DNA from: Octopus sinensis
Taxonomy: Eukaryota
Length of the DNA stretch: 64,000 nt
Assembly (NCBI RefSeq): GCF_006345805.1
Contig: NC_042998.1
Location: forward strand, 70,556,001-70,620,000
Direction: 5' to 3'
A program made the translations under genes and the position numbers. The notes below the pieces were generated by a model. It was not told the origin of the DNA. It searched no databases and worked only from the letters and a program-made list of their open reading frames with translations. Below, in pieces: positions 14,151 to 27,168 of the stretch. Each line of letters starts with the position of its first letter. The first letter of the stretch is position 1.

Positions 14151-16196
14151 GCTATCACAGCATCATCAACAAAACACCATAAAACTACCCGTGACAATTG
14201 CATTAATTATCCTTTCAATTTCTCGAAAAATAATTCTTTCATTTAAGTTTTCCTCACTCCAACTCGGTCTATGATATTACCTCTTGAAATTCACCTCATT
14301 CTTGTGTGAAACGAAAGTGCCTCTTTCTCAACCTTTAATTCTTGTACAGTAACGTTGTGCCCTTTTGTTTAGAAATTTAAGCTCACCATACCGATAACGA
14401 ATCAGAGAGCGCAAAACAGCGTCTTTGTACATAATACATTCTTATGAAGCACACCGTGCATTTTTTTAAATAGCAGTGTTGACATTTAACCAGCTTTCCA
14501 GGAAACTGGGTTTACAACCCAACATTGCAGAGTCGGATGAACCCAACACCCCAAGACTGTGAAGCGAACTTCGTAACAATTCAGCTAGGTTTCAACCCTG
14601 CCACTCGCGCTCCTCTCATCTATCCATAAATACACACATACACGCATACATAATACATACATACATACATACATACATACATACATACATACATACATAC
14701 ATACATAGTTACAAATATACAAGCATATTCGCATAGTACACACACACAAACGCGCGCACACACACAGACACACACATGGCAAACATACAAACATACGAGT
14801 ATACAAATTTATGCAGAGGCAGCGGTGTTAGGTCGGACCATTTAGATCTACCTGTCGCTCAAATAAGATTAATGTAACGAATCAGAGTGATTTGCCTCCT
14901 AAAGATCAACTAATTTTGGTTCTAAATGTATTTACCGCATAGACTGATGTATGACCGCATATCATATTTAAGTGTGAACTAACATACTTAATGTGCAGTC
15001 ATATGTTATATTTAGGTATAAGATAACGTACATATTGTGTGACTCAACATTATGTTTTAGTGTGGACAAACATACAAAATGTATTGCAGTATATTATTAA
15101 AAAAATCAAACTTCATTAAACACGAGTTGGAATAAATTAGCTGAATATAATCCGAAAACCTCACCCCATCGAAAGTGGGCTAAAATACCTAGGATATGGA
15201 TGTATATTATATCTAAATATATATGGTAACATAATAATAGTAAATCGTAAAAATGTGTTTAGTAAATTGAAATTACACTCACAACGATAAAAAAATTAGA
15301 GCCAATGATAGTTTTTATTAAGAAAACCAAGGGAGAGAACTCCTAATAATTGCATATATTTTATTGATGTGTATTACCCGTTCTGAACCCTTGATGTCCA
15401 GTTCCTTCGGAGGTAGGTTGAATTCTGAGGAGCCGTGTCTAATCACAGTTCTCCTCAGGATAAGGTATAGCAACGATGAGGACCAGAATGGTGACAGTGA
15501 AGCGGTACTGTTGTCGTAGCCTGGGAGAGCCCACAGAGAACACTAGAAATATAACATAAAAGGCCAGCGATAAAATATTATGTGAAAGGTGAGTGATGCG
15601 ATACAATCTCAAAAGATCAACAATACAGTATAATGTTAGAGGTCAGTGTTGCTATATAAGATTAAAAGGTCTGCGATTCGATATATTTGATATGTGGAAG
15701 ATCAGTGCTGTTATATAAAATTAAAATTCATTAAACACGAGTTTGAGTTGAAATGAATTAACTGAATATAATTTGAAAACCTTACCCTTCACCTCGAAAG
15801 TAAGCACAAAAAGATACTGAATAATGTTAGTTGAACTTCTAAGAGTAGTGAGGGGTGATGATGAGGATTTTCAGAAATAACCAAGGTAACATTCTAATTC
15901 CAAAATACTTTTTATTGCACCATTCCACTATATTTTGGCCAGATTCTTTGCAGACCCTTACATTCTCCCTGCCCCCCCCCACACACACACCTGCAAAATA
16001 GTAATAAGAAACGAGGAAGTCTGGAAGTATTTATATGGTGGGTACAAGTGGTATAAATCATAGCGAAATCTTACTCAGATTACAATCAGCCTTCTTTAAA
16101 AAAAATGGAAGGACAAACTAGATAATGTTTTAGGAGTTAATGGTTGAAAACCCTTTCATCATATGTCCTCGATCAGAGCTGACAGGGAGATATAAA

Positions 16197-16412
16197 ACAA
16201 GAAGAAGAAGAAGAGAAGAAGAAGAAGAAGAAGAAGGAGGAGGAGGAGGAGGAGGAGGAGGAGGGGGTGGAGGAGGAAGAGAAGAAGAAGAAGAAGAAGA
16301 GAAGAAGAAGAAGGAGAAGGAGGAGGAGGAGAAGAAGAAGAAGAAGAAGAAGAAGAAGAAGAAGAAGAAGAAGAAGAAGAAGAAGAAGACCAACAACAAC
16401 AACAACAACAAT
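16197..16412. repeat. Compound trinucleotide microsatellite (GAA/GGA/CAA)n; other large arrays at 20885-21135, 26230-26590, 27130-27220, 36350-36486, 42085-42170, 43790-44075, 45945-46340, 47453-47560, 47990-48100, 52430-52520, 53365-53470, 54123-54355, 55235-55385, 56585-56680, 57775-57985
   Basis: Directly visible simple repeats; they account for most of the spurious ORFs in the track. Confidence 0.95.
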
Positions 16413-17471
16413 AAATGATAACCATCCCAAAACACTTCTCCCGTAGGGATCATCAAATTAGTTTATTAAATGTCTGAAAGAGAATTTTCTTTATCGACAG
16501 GATAATAATAATCTCAGTTAACTACTCCATAAAATCCGTATAACTTTATCCTAAAGTTAACAAAACTGCTTTGTATTAGAAGCGCTTACATTAGATTTGA
16601 TCTAAATCCTATGAGTCAGTATTCGTTCAATTAAGAGTATTATTGTGAATGAGAAGAGTCTTCTGAATATAGTTATTACTGGTAGGATTTGAGCTGAAAA
16701 TTTAAAGAGATAAAACCAAATCGTTTAACACAATGCGTTAGTTAATTGACAAAAATTAAAATAGTTATGGTGATACGACATAAGATTACAAACAAGCAGG
16801 AGAAGAATTTGGTGAATTGACATTCCGCTCCTCCAGAATATTTCTGTTATTTATTTCGTTAATCATAAATGGATGGGAAACAGAAACTACACTGAAGGTA
16901 CTTGAATTTAGAAAGTGTGTGGATGGAAGTAAATACCAGAGGCATGAAGAAATATGGAAACGGGTGGGGTTGGATAATGAACGTACCCTTGTGTGAATGT
17001 GTGAAAGGATACAAAATTTCATTTGCTGAACCCTTTGCCTGCTATGTGTATTACATGTGATACACAGGACATACTTCCCTGGCACCCATGGATCATATAT
17101 GACACGTATTCCAAATGTTTTTCAACTAACAGAGTAACTTGAAACTTAAAGGACGCTTTATATTGCTCAGAGCATATGAAAAAGAGCTCACAAAAAGTCT
17201 GAAAACAAGCACGGACGTTTGAGACAAAATTACCAAAATAACATGGGCAGGCAAAAGCTTAATATGTCTGTTAATTAAGATAGAGTGCTGAAAACCTTTG
17301 CCACTGGTAAATTACTTTAGAATTATTTAGATTGGAGCTTTGAAATTTTTCTTAATAACAACATCAAAAATGTGAATATATTACCTGCAACCATTGCTGG
17401 AATATGTTGAGAAACTCAAGACATATGCTGACAAGTTCTGTTACCAGCTTCACTTAACTACAGCACTTGAT

Positions 17472-17655
17472 CTATATACAGCTGCATTTAATTCGTCGAG
17501 TGGTGCTATGACTCAGTTTTGCAGGAACTGCCTCTTCATGGATTAGTTTCTTTTGGAATGATAATCTATGACGGAATATTGCTAAGTGTAACATCATATC
17601 GATAGATTCTTCGATGTTGATCCCAGTTTTGGCACTCGTTTCAACATATGGCAGT
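17472..17655 (-). CDS. Rab27-like: Rab27-like A coding exon 5 (LPYVETSAKTG...KCSCI stop)
   Basis: Acceptor cttttctgtccacag|A, 184 nt, G5 motif ETSAK, TAG at 17474-17472, C-terminal cysteines. Confidence 0.93.
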
Positions 17656-20600
17656 CTGTGGACAGAAAAGTTCGTGGAAAGTTCTTAAAAAGGGGCTGGA
17701 TACACATTGAGTGGAAAACTGGAATACAACATGGACTCAAGTACATTAACAATAACATGTGGTGGATACACATTGAGAAGATGAGAAGACAAGCCACCAG
17801 AAGCTTGGGCATAGGTCAAAATAAAGGAAGCTCTAAAGGTTGGAAGGATTTAAGCGAATGCTATGTCTGACGAGAAATGATAGTTCGTTTGTTCCAAGAT
17901 ACATCTCACGAATGTTCTTGGATGCAACCTCAATGGTGTTCGTAGGGTCCCAGGGGGTTTCAAGTCATTCAATATGAGACCCTCTCAGTCAGCTGAGCGA
18001 GGATTTGACCCCAACAGCAACAATCCATGGGTCGTCCCTCTTTATCCAAAGCCATCTAGTGGTCTTCTCTACGGCTGCATGCCTCCCCACTTTTTCCCCC
18101 TTTGCTACACCAGTATCTCCAAGTACAGTTGTTAGAGCTTTGCAGAGTGAACGTCCTACAAAACCCGGATATCCTACAGCAGTTGACTCGCAGCCCGCCC
18201 GTCATCATAGACTTCTGCTCTACCAGCTACAAGTATTTGACAGTCTTAGCTTCGTGAGCCTCCTTCATGTATACTTCCCAGGCACAATCAGATCTCACAT
18301 GATCACATTATCACCTATTTGGTGAAATCTGAGGAGATAACTATGTCTGGGCGGGGTAAATACATAACAAATAAATATAGATATATTTCTATGTGTTTTA
18401 TAGGAAGTAAAGATATACACCTTTGACGTAAAAGTATATCAGTTATGTAGAGGTGCATCCCTTTGAAGATAATATCAGGTGAGTAATTACATACGCATTG
18501 GAAGTCACTAAAATGTGTTTTTGATAAGTAAAGATAGTCATGTGAATAAGTCAAATTTGAATCAAATAAATACATTCGGCGTATTTTCAAAAGTTGCATT
18601 CATGAAATATTGGTTTCCAATTTTGTCACAAGGCCAGCAGTTTCGAGAGAGGAGGCCAAGTGGACTACCATCAACCTTAGTGCTTAACTAGTACTTTCTT
18701 ATCGACCCCGAAAGGATATAAAGTAAAGTCGACCTCGGCGGAATTTGAACTTAGAATGTAAAGATAGACAAAAAGCTGCTAAGCATCTTGCCCCGCGTTC
18801 TAACAATTCTGCCTGCTCGCCGCTTTGTATTCGTGAAATATCAAACGATAAGTCCAAAAGCTGCATTCACGAAATATTAAACGATATTTATAAACTAATG
18901 TTTCTAAGGTTACTGAATATAACCAGATATTCATTGCATTTTAGAACTATTTTCAGCGACACTAGTGTCTCAAGTTGGAGAAGAGATCTTCCCCATTTGG
19001 TGAGGAAATGACATAATGAGGTGAGTGAGAATAGACACCATGCGAATAGCAGGAATATAATGGTACGAATTAAAGTTTTATTAAGCACAAGATCGAAATT
19101 TTTATTAAGTAGTTTGATCTGAAAGAAGTGGCTGCCTTATGGTCTCCAGATGCAGTTATATTCTTCTGGAGGGGAAACACTGGCAAAGAGAGATTTCCAG
19201 AGGGCTGATGTTTTGCGAAAGAGGGACTTGACATAATTGTTTGTGTAGGAGTTTAGATACAATGCAAATAGGATCGAGACAAGAGATGAATGAACTGGGA
19301 ATAATTGGGTGACAGAAGGACGAGATCAGTCAACTTCGAAGTGCAGAAACCACTGTAGTGGCAATAGTCAAGACAGAAAAATAGAGAATACAGCACGTCT
19401 GTAGGTCAGAGATTGAAACAATCTTGTGCTAATCAGTTTCATTATCCAGTCGCTCATTCTGAAAGCATTACGTAACTCGGGCTCTCATTGTGCAATGCGT
19501 CGCGTCCCTTTCAGAATTGTAATGCATTATATTATACGGGACTAAGTTGCTATTTGTGGAGGCGCGTGGCTTAGTGGTTAGGGTGTCAGCATCATGATCG
19601 AAAGATTGTGGTTTCGATTCCTGGACCGGGTGACGCCTTGTGTTCTTGAGCAAAACACTTCATTTCACGTTGCTCCAGTCCACTCAGCTGGCAAAAATGA
19701 GTAACGCTGCGATAGACTGGCGTCCCGTCCAGCTGGGAAACACATACGCCATTGAAACCGGGAAACCGGGCCCATGAGCCTGGCTAGGCTTTAAAAAGGG
19801 CGCATTTATATTATTTAAGTTGCTATTTATAGCTCACACGTACCTACACAGATACACACAATCATGCAAGAACACATATGCAAGCTCTATGCAAGCACGC
19901 ACATGAAGACATATACATGCTGGTACACACATATACACACATCCATATATAACAAAAAATTACACACACGCTCGATTATAAATGAATAAAAAAATACTCA
20001 TTAAGTACAGGATATCTCTAAAGCGCACATTAACTACATTAGTATATTCTAAAAAAAGACTCCGCCGTTACGACGACGAGGGTCCCAGCTGATACGATCA
20101 ACGGAACAGCTTGCTCGTGAAATTAACGTGCAAATGGCTGAGCATTCCACAGACACGTGTACCCTTAACGTAGTTCTCGGGGATAATCAGCGTGACACAG
20201 AGAGTGACAAGGCTGACCCTTTGAAATACAAGTACAACTCATTTTTGCCAGCTGAGTGGACTGGAGCAACGTGAAATAAAGTGTCTTGCTCAAGGACACA
20301 ACGCGTCGCCGGGAATCGAACTCACAACCTTACGATCATGAGCCGAATGCCCTAACCACTAAGCCACGCGCCCTCACTCATTAGTATATTAATATACCAG
20401 GAATTACATAGCTGTTTCGATGGAATGTGTTGAAAACAAATTTATGACAGTTAAAAGGAGATGATTGTTTCTAACAAACCTGTGATTTTCAGCAAATTTA
20501 TGTAAAGTCTCTGCACTGATTTTGCGACGGTCTACAAGATCTATTTTATTGCCAACAATGATTACATCGTAGCCAGATCTGGGACCATATTCTTCCATTT

Positions 20601-20883
20601 TTTGTAACCAAGCGAAAGCGTTTACGAAAGTATTTTCATTGGTCAGATCAATCATCAAGAAAAATCCTTTTGCGTCTCTGAAGTAGGACGTTGTCAAGGA
20701 ATGGAACCTGATTGAAAAAGAAGGCCATACAATTAGGTGGGGAATAGCTTTATATATTAATATACGTACATATTCATATAATTACAAGGTACTAAGTCAT
20801 ATGCGCTAACGAGTGACGGTTAAGCACTCTAAGCTGAGCATATATTGACTGATAGATGTAATTTAATCAATATTAAACATGCT

Positions 20884-20957
<74 letters not shown>

Positions 20958-21055
20958 GCACGCACCTACGTATGTATGTATGTATGTATGTATGTATGTA
21001 TGTATGTATCAATATCTCTCCTTCCCTCCAGCTCTCTCTCTCTCTCTCTCTCTCG

Positions 21056-21095
<40 letters not shown>

Positions 21096-24000
21096 ATATA
21101 TATATATATATATTATATATATATATATATATACAACTCACATATATTGACTAAGACATGCAGTGTGTATAAATATAAACACAACTTGTGCATATATCGA
21201 TTGAAAGAGATAAACAAAAGTTCAATTGAAAATGTGATGATTTTCCTCATCACACTTCTTTTGATGTCCCCGTCTTTGATTTCTCTCTCGTTAGAACTTT
21301 CCCGAATTCTGTTATCCTGGATTTTGAAGGTATTCATTATGGCTTTTGGGCCCTTCTGCAATATTCTGCGTCACTAATAATGATTAAATTCGCTAAGCTA
21401 ATGTGTAGCTTTCGACAGAGATCACTGCAAAGGTACAGAGCATGTGTTAATGTAGTCGTTAGCTCAAACGCATACTTGTCACTTTACATCATTAATATTG
21501 TTAGATTATAATATCAAATAATTAATTTTCATTATCATTACAGTTATATCTATAACTGGCTGTAAGTATAATTTGTTAATATTTTTTTTAGTAAAATAAG
21601 AACGATCTGTAGCCTCTATTAATGATCGTGGACAATACCTGGCCATAAAAAGAGTCTCTATGTGGCCGGTAGTCATCCTAGAAATTGCACCCAATTCTAC
21701 ATCAAATCATATATCACATATTTCAAAAAGGAAGGACATATTTGACAATGAACTCTTGAAGATATTATGCTTGAAAATAAAAGAACCGGGTGGCCACGGT
21801 TGAGATACAGCTAGTCGTAGAATTTGTTCGATCAAAGCTGAAATGGATCTTAGCATCAACAATAACAGCTATGTCAGTAAAAACGACAACTGTAACATCG
21901 ACAACAGCAGCAGCAACAACAATAATAACAACAAAGACAAACACCATTAACGTCAACAAGAACGGCTACGATAACAACACCAGTAGGAACATTAACAAGC
22001 ACAACAACAACAACAAAGAAGCAATGACAACAGAAACAACAATACCAATAAGAAGGGCAACAACAAAAATACGAAAATAATAATAACAACGCCTATAACA
22101 ACAATAAAAACACCAATGACAATAACAAGAACAACGACAACACCATAACCAAGTATCCAAGTGGAGAAGGTTACTCAACTGAGAGAGCCATTGGTTATGT
22201 TGCTGATCAGAGAAGAAAGTCTGTATTTCGGCCATTACCTTACCTACCTTTCCATACCAGCTGTATCCCACAGCTGGACACAGACTTTGTGGTAGGCAAC
22301 CGCCACTGAACCTTGAGCGTTTGAGTAAGAATATTTGTAGGACTGCAAAACAGAGAACAGATTTCTTTTGATCACATCAGAATACATGTGGTTGCTGTCG
22401 ATAATGATGACGAAGACGAAGACGACAACGATGATGGCAATGAGGATGATGTTTTTCTAAATCTTTAGTCAGAAGACAAGGCAGGGCTCCAGGGCCTACG
22501 AGATGAGACGCTTGGAAGGAGGATGATACTCTCAAACCAGAGACCTGGCCCTGGTTTGAGGGTATCTTTCAGTCTTCTATGATGCTTGCGTTATAGCAAC
22601 CCAAGGTATTAGGGGCTGGATCACGGATAAAATCTACAAATCAAGTACAAATCAAATTCCAGAGCGGAATTTGAACTGAGAATACCAGGAGCCTGAACAA
22701 ATACCTCAAGATAACCGGTTCGACGTTCGTACAGTTCTGATAATTCACCGCCCTAAATCGGTAGCTTCAATTTTTTTTTTATCGACACTAAAAGGGTGAA
22801 AGGTAAAGTTTGACCCCGGTGGGTTTTGGATACAGAGCGCTGAGTATCAGAAAATGTACCGCGAGATATTCTATCCGACGTTCCAGCGACCCTTCCAATT
22901 CGCCTGATGATGATGATAATGAGGAGGAAGAGGAAGGAGAGGATGGTGGTATTGGTGCTGATGGTGATGGTGATGATGATATGTGGATAGACGGGTGTCT
23001 ATAAATAGGTTTGAACAATACACGTCGTGTTTAAATGTCATTCACACTAGATTACTGCTCACCACATCAAGGAACGAGTAGTTGTTACACAGACGATCAC
23101 TTTGCATTTGCATTAAAACTCTTCCTTCTCCACTCCTCTCGAATACACAACAATCAGAGGCACTTTCCATAACCGTGCTGTGTCGAGCTTTTGACTCTTC
23201 TACCGCTACTATAACTGTATCTGCTTATGTGAACCAACAAGCTGTGTACCGCTATCATTGAAGCTCATCCTTTCCTGAAGCGTCCAGTGGAAGGTAACAT
23301 TTATGGTGCATTTTCATTACCCTTTGAATGTTAACGACTTGGTAAGGCAACACTATTTTGTTTTGTAATCATACCAAAATGCCATTTACAAAATACAAGT
23401 TTATAAATCTATACAGTGTCTTACTGCGTGTGAACAGTGCTATAATTTCATTTTTAAGATTATATATTATCTTCTGTTTCTATAGAATTCAGAGCTATCA
23501 CTGTAAGTTACGACCTTTCATAAACAAATACGTCTCTTTATAAACAATGCGATAGAAAAGAGACATAGGAAAGGTATGAGCACAAGCTTATCCTACGGGT
23601 TCCTTCTACGTAGATTTAAAGAATTGTGCCTATGTAAGGTAAACGGAAAACTTGTGGTGATGGTGGTGGTAGTATCGGTGGAGGTGTGAACATCCAGGTA
23701 CGCGTATTGCATGAAAAAAACAATAGGCAAGTGCATATTGATATACTTATTGTAAGTAAGGTGTGGCTGTGTGGTAAGAAGCTTGCTTCCCAACCACATG
23801 GTTCTAGATACAGTCCCACCGCATGGCACCTTGGGCAAGTTTCTTCTACTATAGCCCCGGGTCGACCAAAGCCTTGTGGGTGGATTTCGTAGACGTAAAC
23901 TGAAGGAAGCCCTTCGTATATATATATATGTATATATATTTATGTGTATGTGTCTTTGTGTCTGTGTTTGTCCCCCACCATCACTTGACAACCGATGCTG

Positions 24001-26335
24001 ATGTGTTTACGTCCCCGTAACTTAACAGTTCGGCAAAAGAGACTGATAGAATAAGTTCTGGTGTAGACTTGTTCGACTAAAGGTAGTGCTCCAGTATGGC
24101 CGCAGTCAAATGACTGAAACAAGTAGAAGAGTAGAAGAATAATTCAAATTACACTTGAAGACAGGAGAAAACACATTCTCGTAATGATTAATTACGGTCA
24201 AGAACTTCAGAGATTAAAAAGATGACTTAGTGAGATTATTGGTCACCATGGTGAATTCTTTGGTTGTCAGATGTTGTTCTACTAGTGGCAGAAGCGTCAA
24301 GTTTCCTTATTTTTGTAATTCTTCAGCATAAACTACAAACATATTTGCTTACGTATGTGTTTATGTATGTATGTGTATATGTATGTGTGCATGTATATTT
24401 TCGTTCCCTCGTTTAAGTTTAGGATTAATTTTGACTCTCACCTGCTTGGTAGAAAGGTTGTGAAGGAAAGCATCTGTTTTATTTATCATTCTTTAAATTT
24501 TAAGACTGTCTTGCACATTTTTATCGACCCAGATATCTGAAGTTTAGGAATTACGGTGGTGCATTCTTGCTTCAAGACCCAAGTTCAGCTATATTTTGCC
24601 CAAGGCGTCTTGGTACGCACCCTGTTGCTCCAATAATCCTTTCTATAATAGGCACAAGGCCTGAAATTAGGGGGAGGGGGATAGTCGATTACTCAACTAG
24701 TACTTAATTTATCGACTCCGAAAGGATGAAAGGTAAAGTCGACCTCGGTGCAATTTGAACTCAGGACATATCGACGGGTGAAGTACTGCTAAGCATTTCG
24801 TCCAGCATGCTTACAATCCTGTCAGTTCACCGCTTTACGTTGCTTCAATAATAATAGGTCGCTATGTTCTGAGTTCAAATTGCACCGAGGTCAACTTTAC
24901 CTTTCATCCTTTCGGGGTTGATAAATGTATGTATGTATGTATGTATGTATGTATGTATGTGAGTGTGTTTGTGTGTATGTATGCATCTCATGATAAAAGG
25001 CAGATTTTCTCTGCCTGTTCCCATGTTTCTTTTTAATACAATTCTACAATATAGAATTTCTTCAATTGGAATTTACCTATGATTTTTCCAAGTAGATTCG
25101 ATTGGGTCATGGCATGTAAAGTTTTTTCAATTTGATCCCCAATTAAGCAAAAATTCGAGAAAACTCAATATTTTACGATTTTCCTCTCTCATTTCAAATG
25201 GTTTACTCTTGCTATTACCACCACACTTTCTCCTACTTTCTCTTTGCAAGTGTGAAACTATTAAAGTGAAAGTATTTATATAACAGGGATGAGCCATTAA
25301 TACTGGTCATCTTTTTTGCTAGAGGAAGATCCGCTATGGTCTTATATGCTACACCACTGGTTTTCAATTCATATTAATCAAATTAATATTCAATTTTTCA
25401 CCCTTATTATGTGTGTGTGTGTGTGTGTTAGCAATTCGTATAAAATTGCATCAATGACTTGAACTTGAATAAGTGGTTTCACATAAATGGGGATAAATTA
25501 AAAAGGTTTGTTGTTATTATTATTACTGTTTGACTATTGTAATCATGTTTGTTGGTTCCTCGTCAGGGAAACGTTGTTGTGTTGCATTTGTTAAATAATT
25601 GTAAACCGTAACCCTCCCCCTTTCGGAGAAGGGGCTTTGGTTATTGTTTAAAAATTGAATTGTGTCCCTGTTTGGGGAAATTGACAATATTTTCACCGTC
25701 ATTACGGAAGCATTTTTGTTAAAATGTCTTCGATAGAAGAAAGTCCAAAAATGAATTTCGCTGCAGCCATACACTTCTATACAAGAGGGAGGACAAGATC
25801 CAATTGATCGAAATTGCAAGAGACGGGCCTACAATTCCAGTCTGTTATATATTTTGAGTATTTTTATCACTAGCGATATCAAGATATAACTTTGTATTTT
25901 GTATTTTATGTGTAGATGTATATATATAGATGTACATGTAATATGTACACATATATATATACACATATATACATGCATAATATATCTACCCATACACACA
26001 TACGCGCGCACACACACACACACATACATAGGGGCAGGTGTGGCTGTGTGGTAACAAACTACGTTCGAAGATACTGTACTTGATATGGGCGGTAGTGCCT
26101 TGCCGGTCTATGGCCTACCTTCAACAAACCGGGAAGGCACAAACACTCTCTCTTCACATTTGCTGCGTGAGACATGTTTTAATGTTGACGAGCTTGCCGA
26201 GTACACAGCCGACAATGAGCCAAAGCTCCTGTGTGTATGTGCGTGTGTGTATGTATGTATGTATGTATGTATGTATGTATGTATGTATGTATGTATGTAT
26301 GTATGTATGTATGTATGCATGCATGCATGCATGTA

Positions 26336-26372
<37 letters not shown>

Positions 26373-26458
26373 ATTTATGTACGTATGCATGTATGTATGT
26401 ATGTATGTATGCATGTATTTATGTATGTATGTATGTATGTGTTTTTGTTTGTCTGCAC

Positions 26459-26495
<37 letters not shown>

Positions 26496-27128
26496 AGAAA
26501 GAAAGAAAGAAAGTGTGAGAGAGAGACAGAGAGAAAGAGAGAAAGAATGAAAGTGTGAGAGAGAGAGACAGAGAGAAAGAGAGAGAATGTGTTTGTATTA
26601 GGAAAGCTACTTTTCATTGAAACAATCCTTAAAAATGTAAAGGAATACAAAACTGTTTCCTCTCCTCCCTACTGCTTCTGTCCAGCAGTACTGACCAGTT
26701 TCTTGTTCCGAAAGTCGATACCAATCGTTGGTATAAACGTTGATGGGGCTTTTCCTTCAATGTATTGGTTTAGGAAACTTGATTTTCCCACTGATGCATC
26801 TCCTGGCGGCAAAAAGAAAACACACCTTACTACAGTATATTTTAGGATATATGTACACACACACATACACGGTATTTTCAAAAATTAGGTTTAAAAACTA
26901 TGGGAGTTTCTTATACATGGATAGCATTATAATCCCTTACAAAACCTTTTTCCAAATTTTAAGCCCCAAAATTTAGACGGTTCCTTATACACAAGGGTTC
27001 CTTATACACATTAAAATACGGTGTGTGTGTATATATATATAAGCATTTAAAACTTTTTCCTTTAAGTATAATTATTTAACAACTCTTATGTGCTGGTGTC
27101 TGGTTGGTTCGTTTGTTGTGAAGTGGAA

Positions 27129-27168
<40 letters not shown>

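Noticed and set aside
15360-15545. Minus-strand frame LLYLILRRTVIRHGS...KELDIK resembling the last exon of paralog B
   Set aside because: No ETSA motif in any frame, wrong phase, no terminal cysteines; treated as chance similarity, so no third paralog is called.
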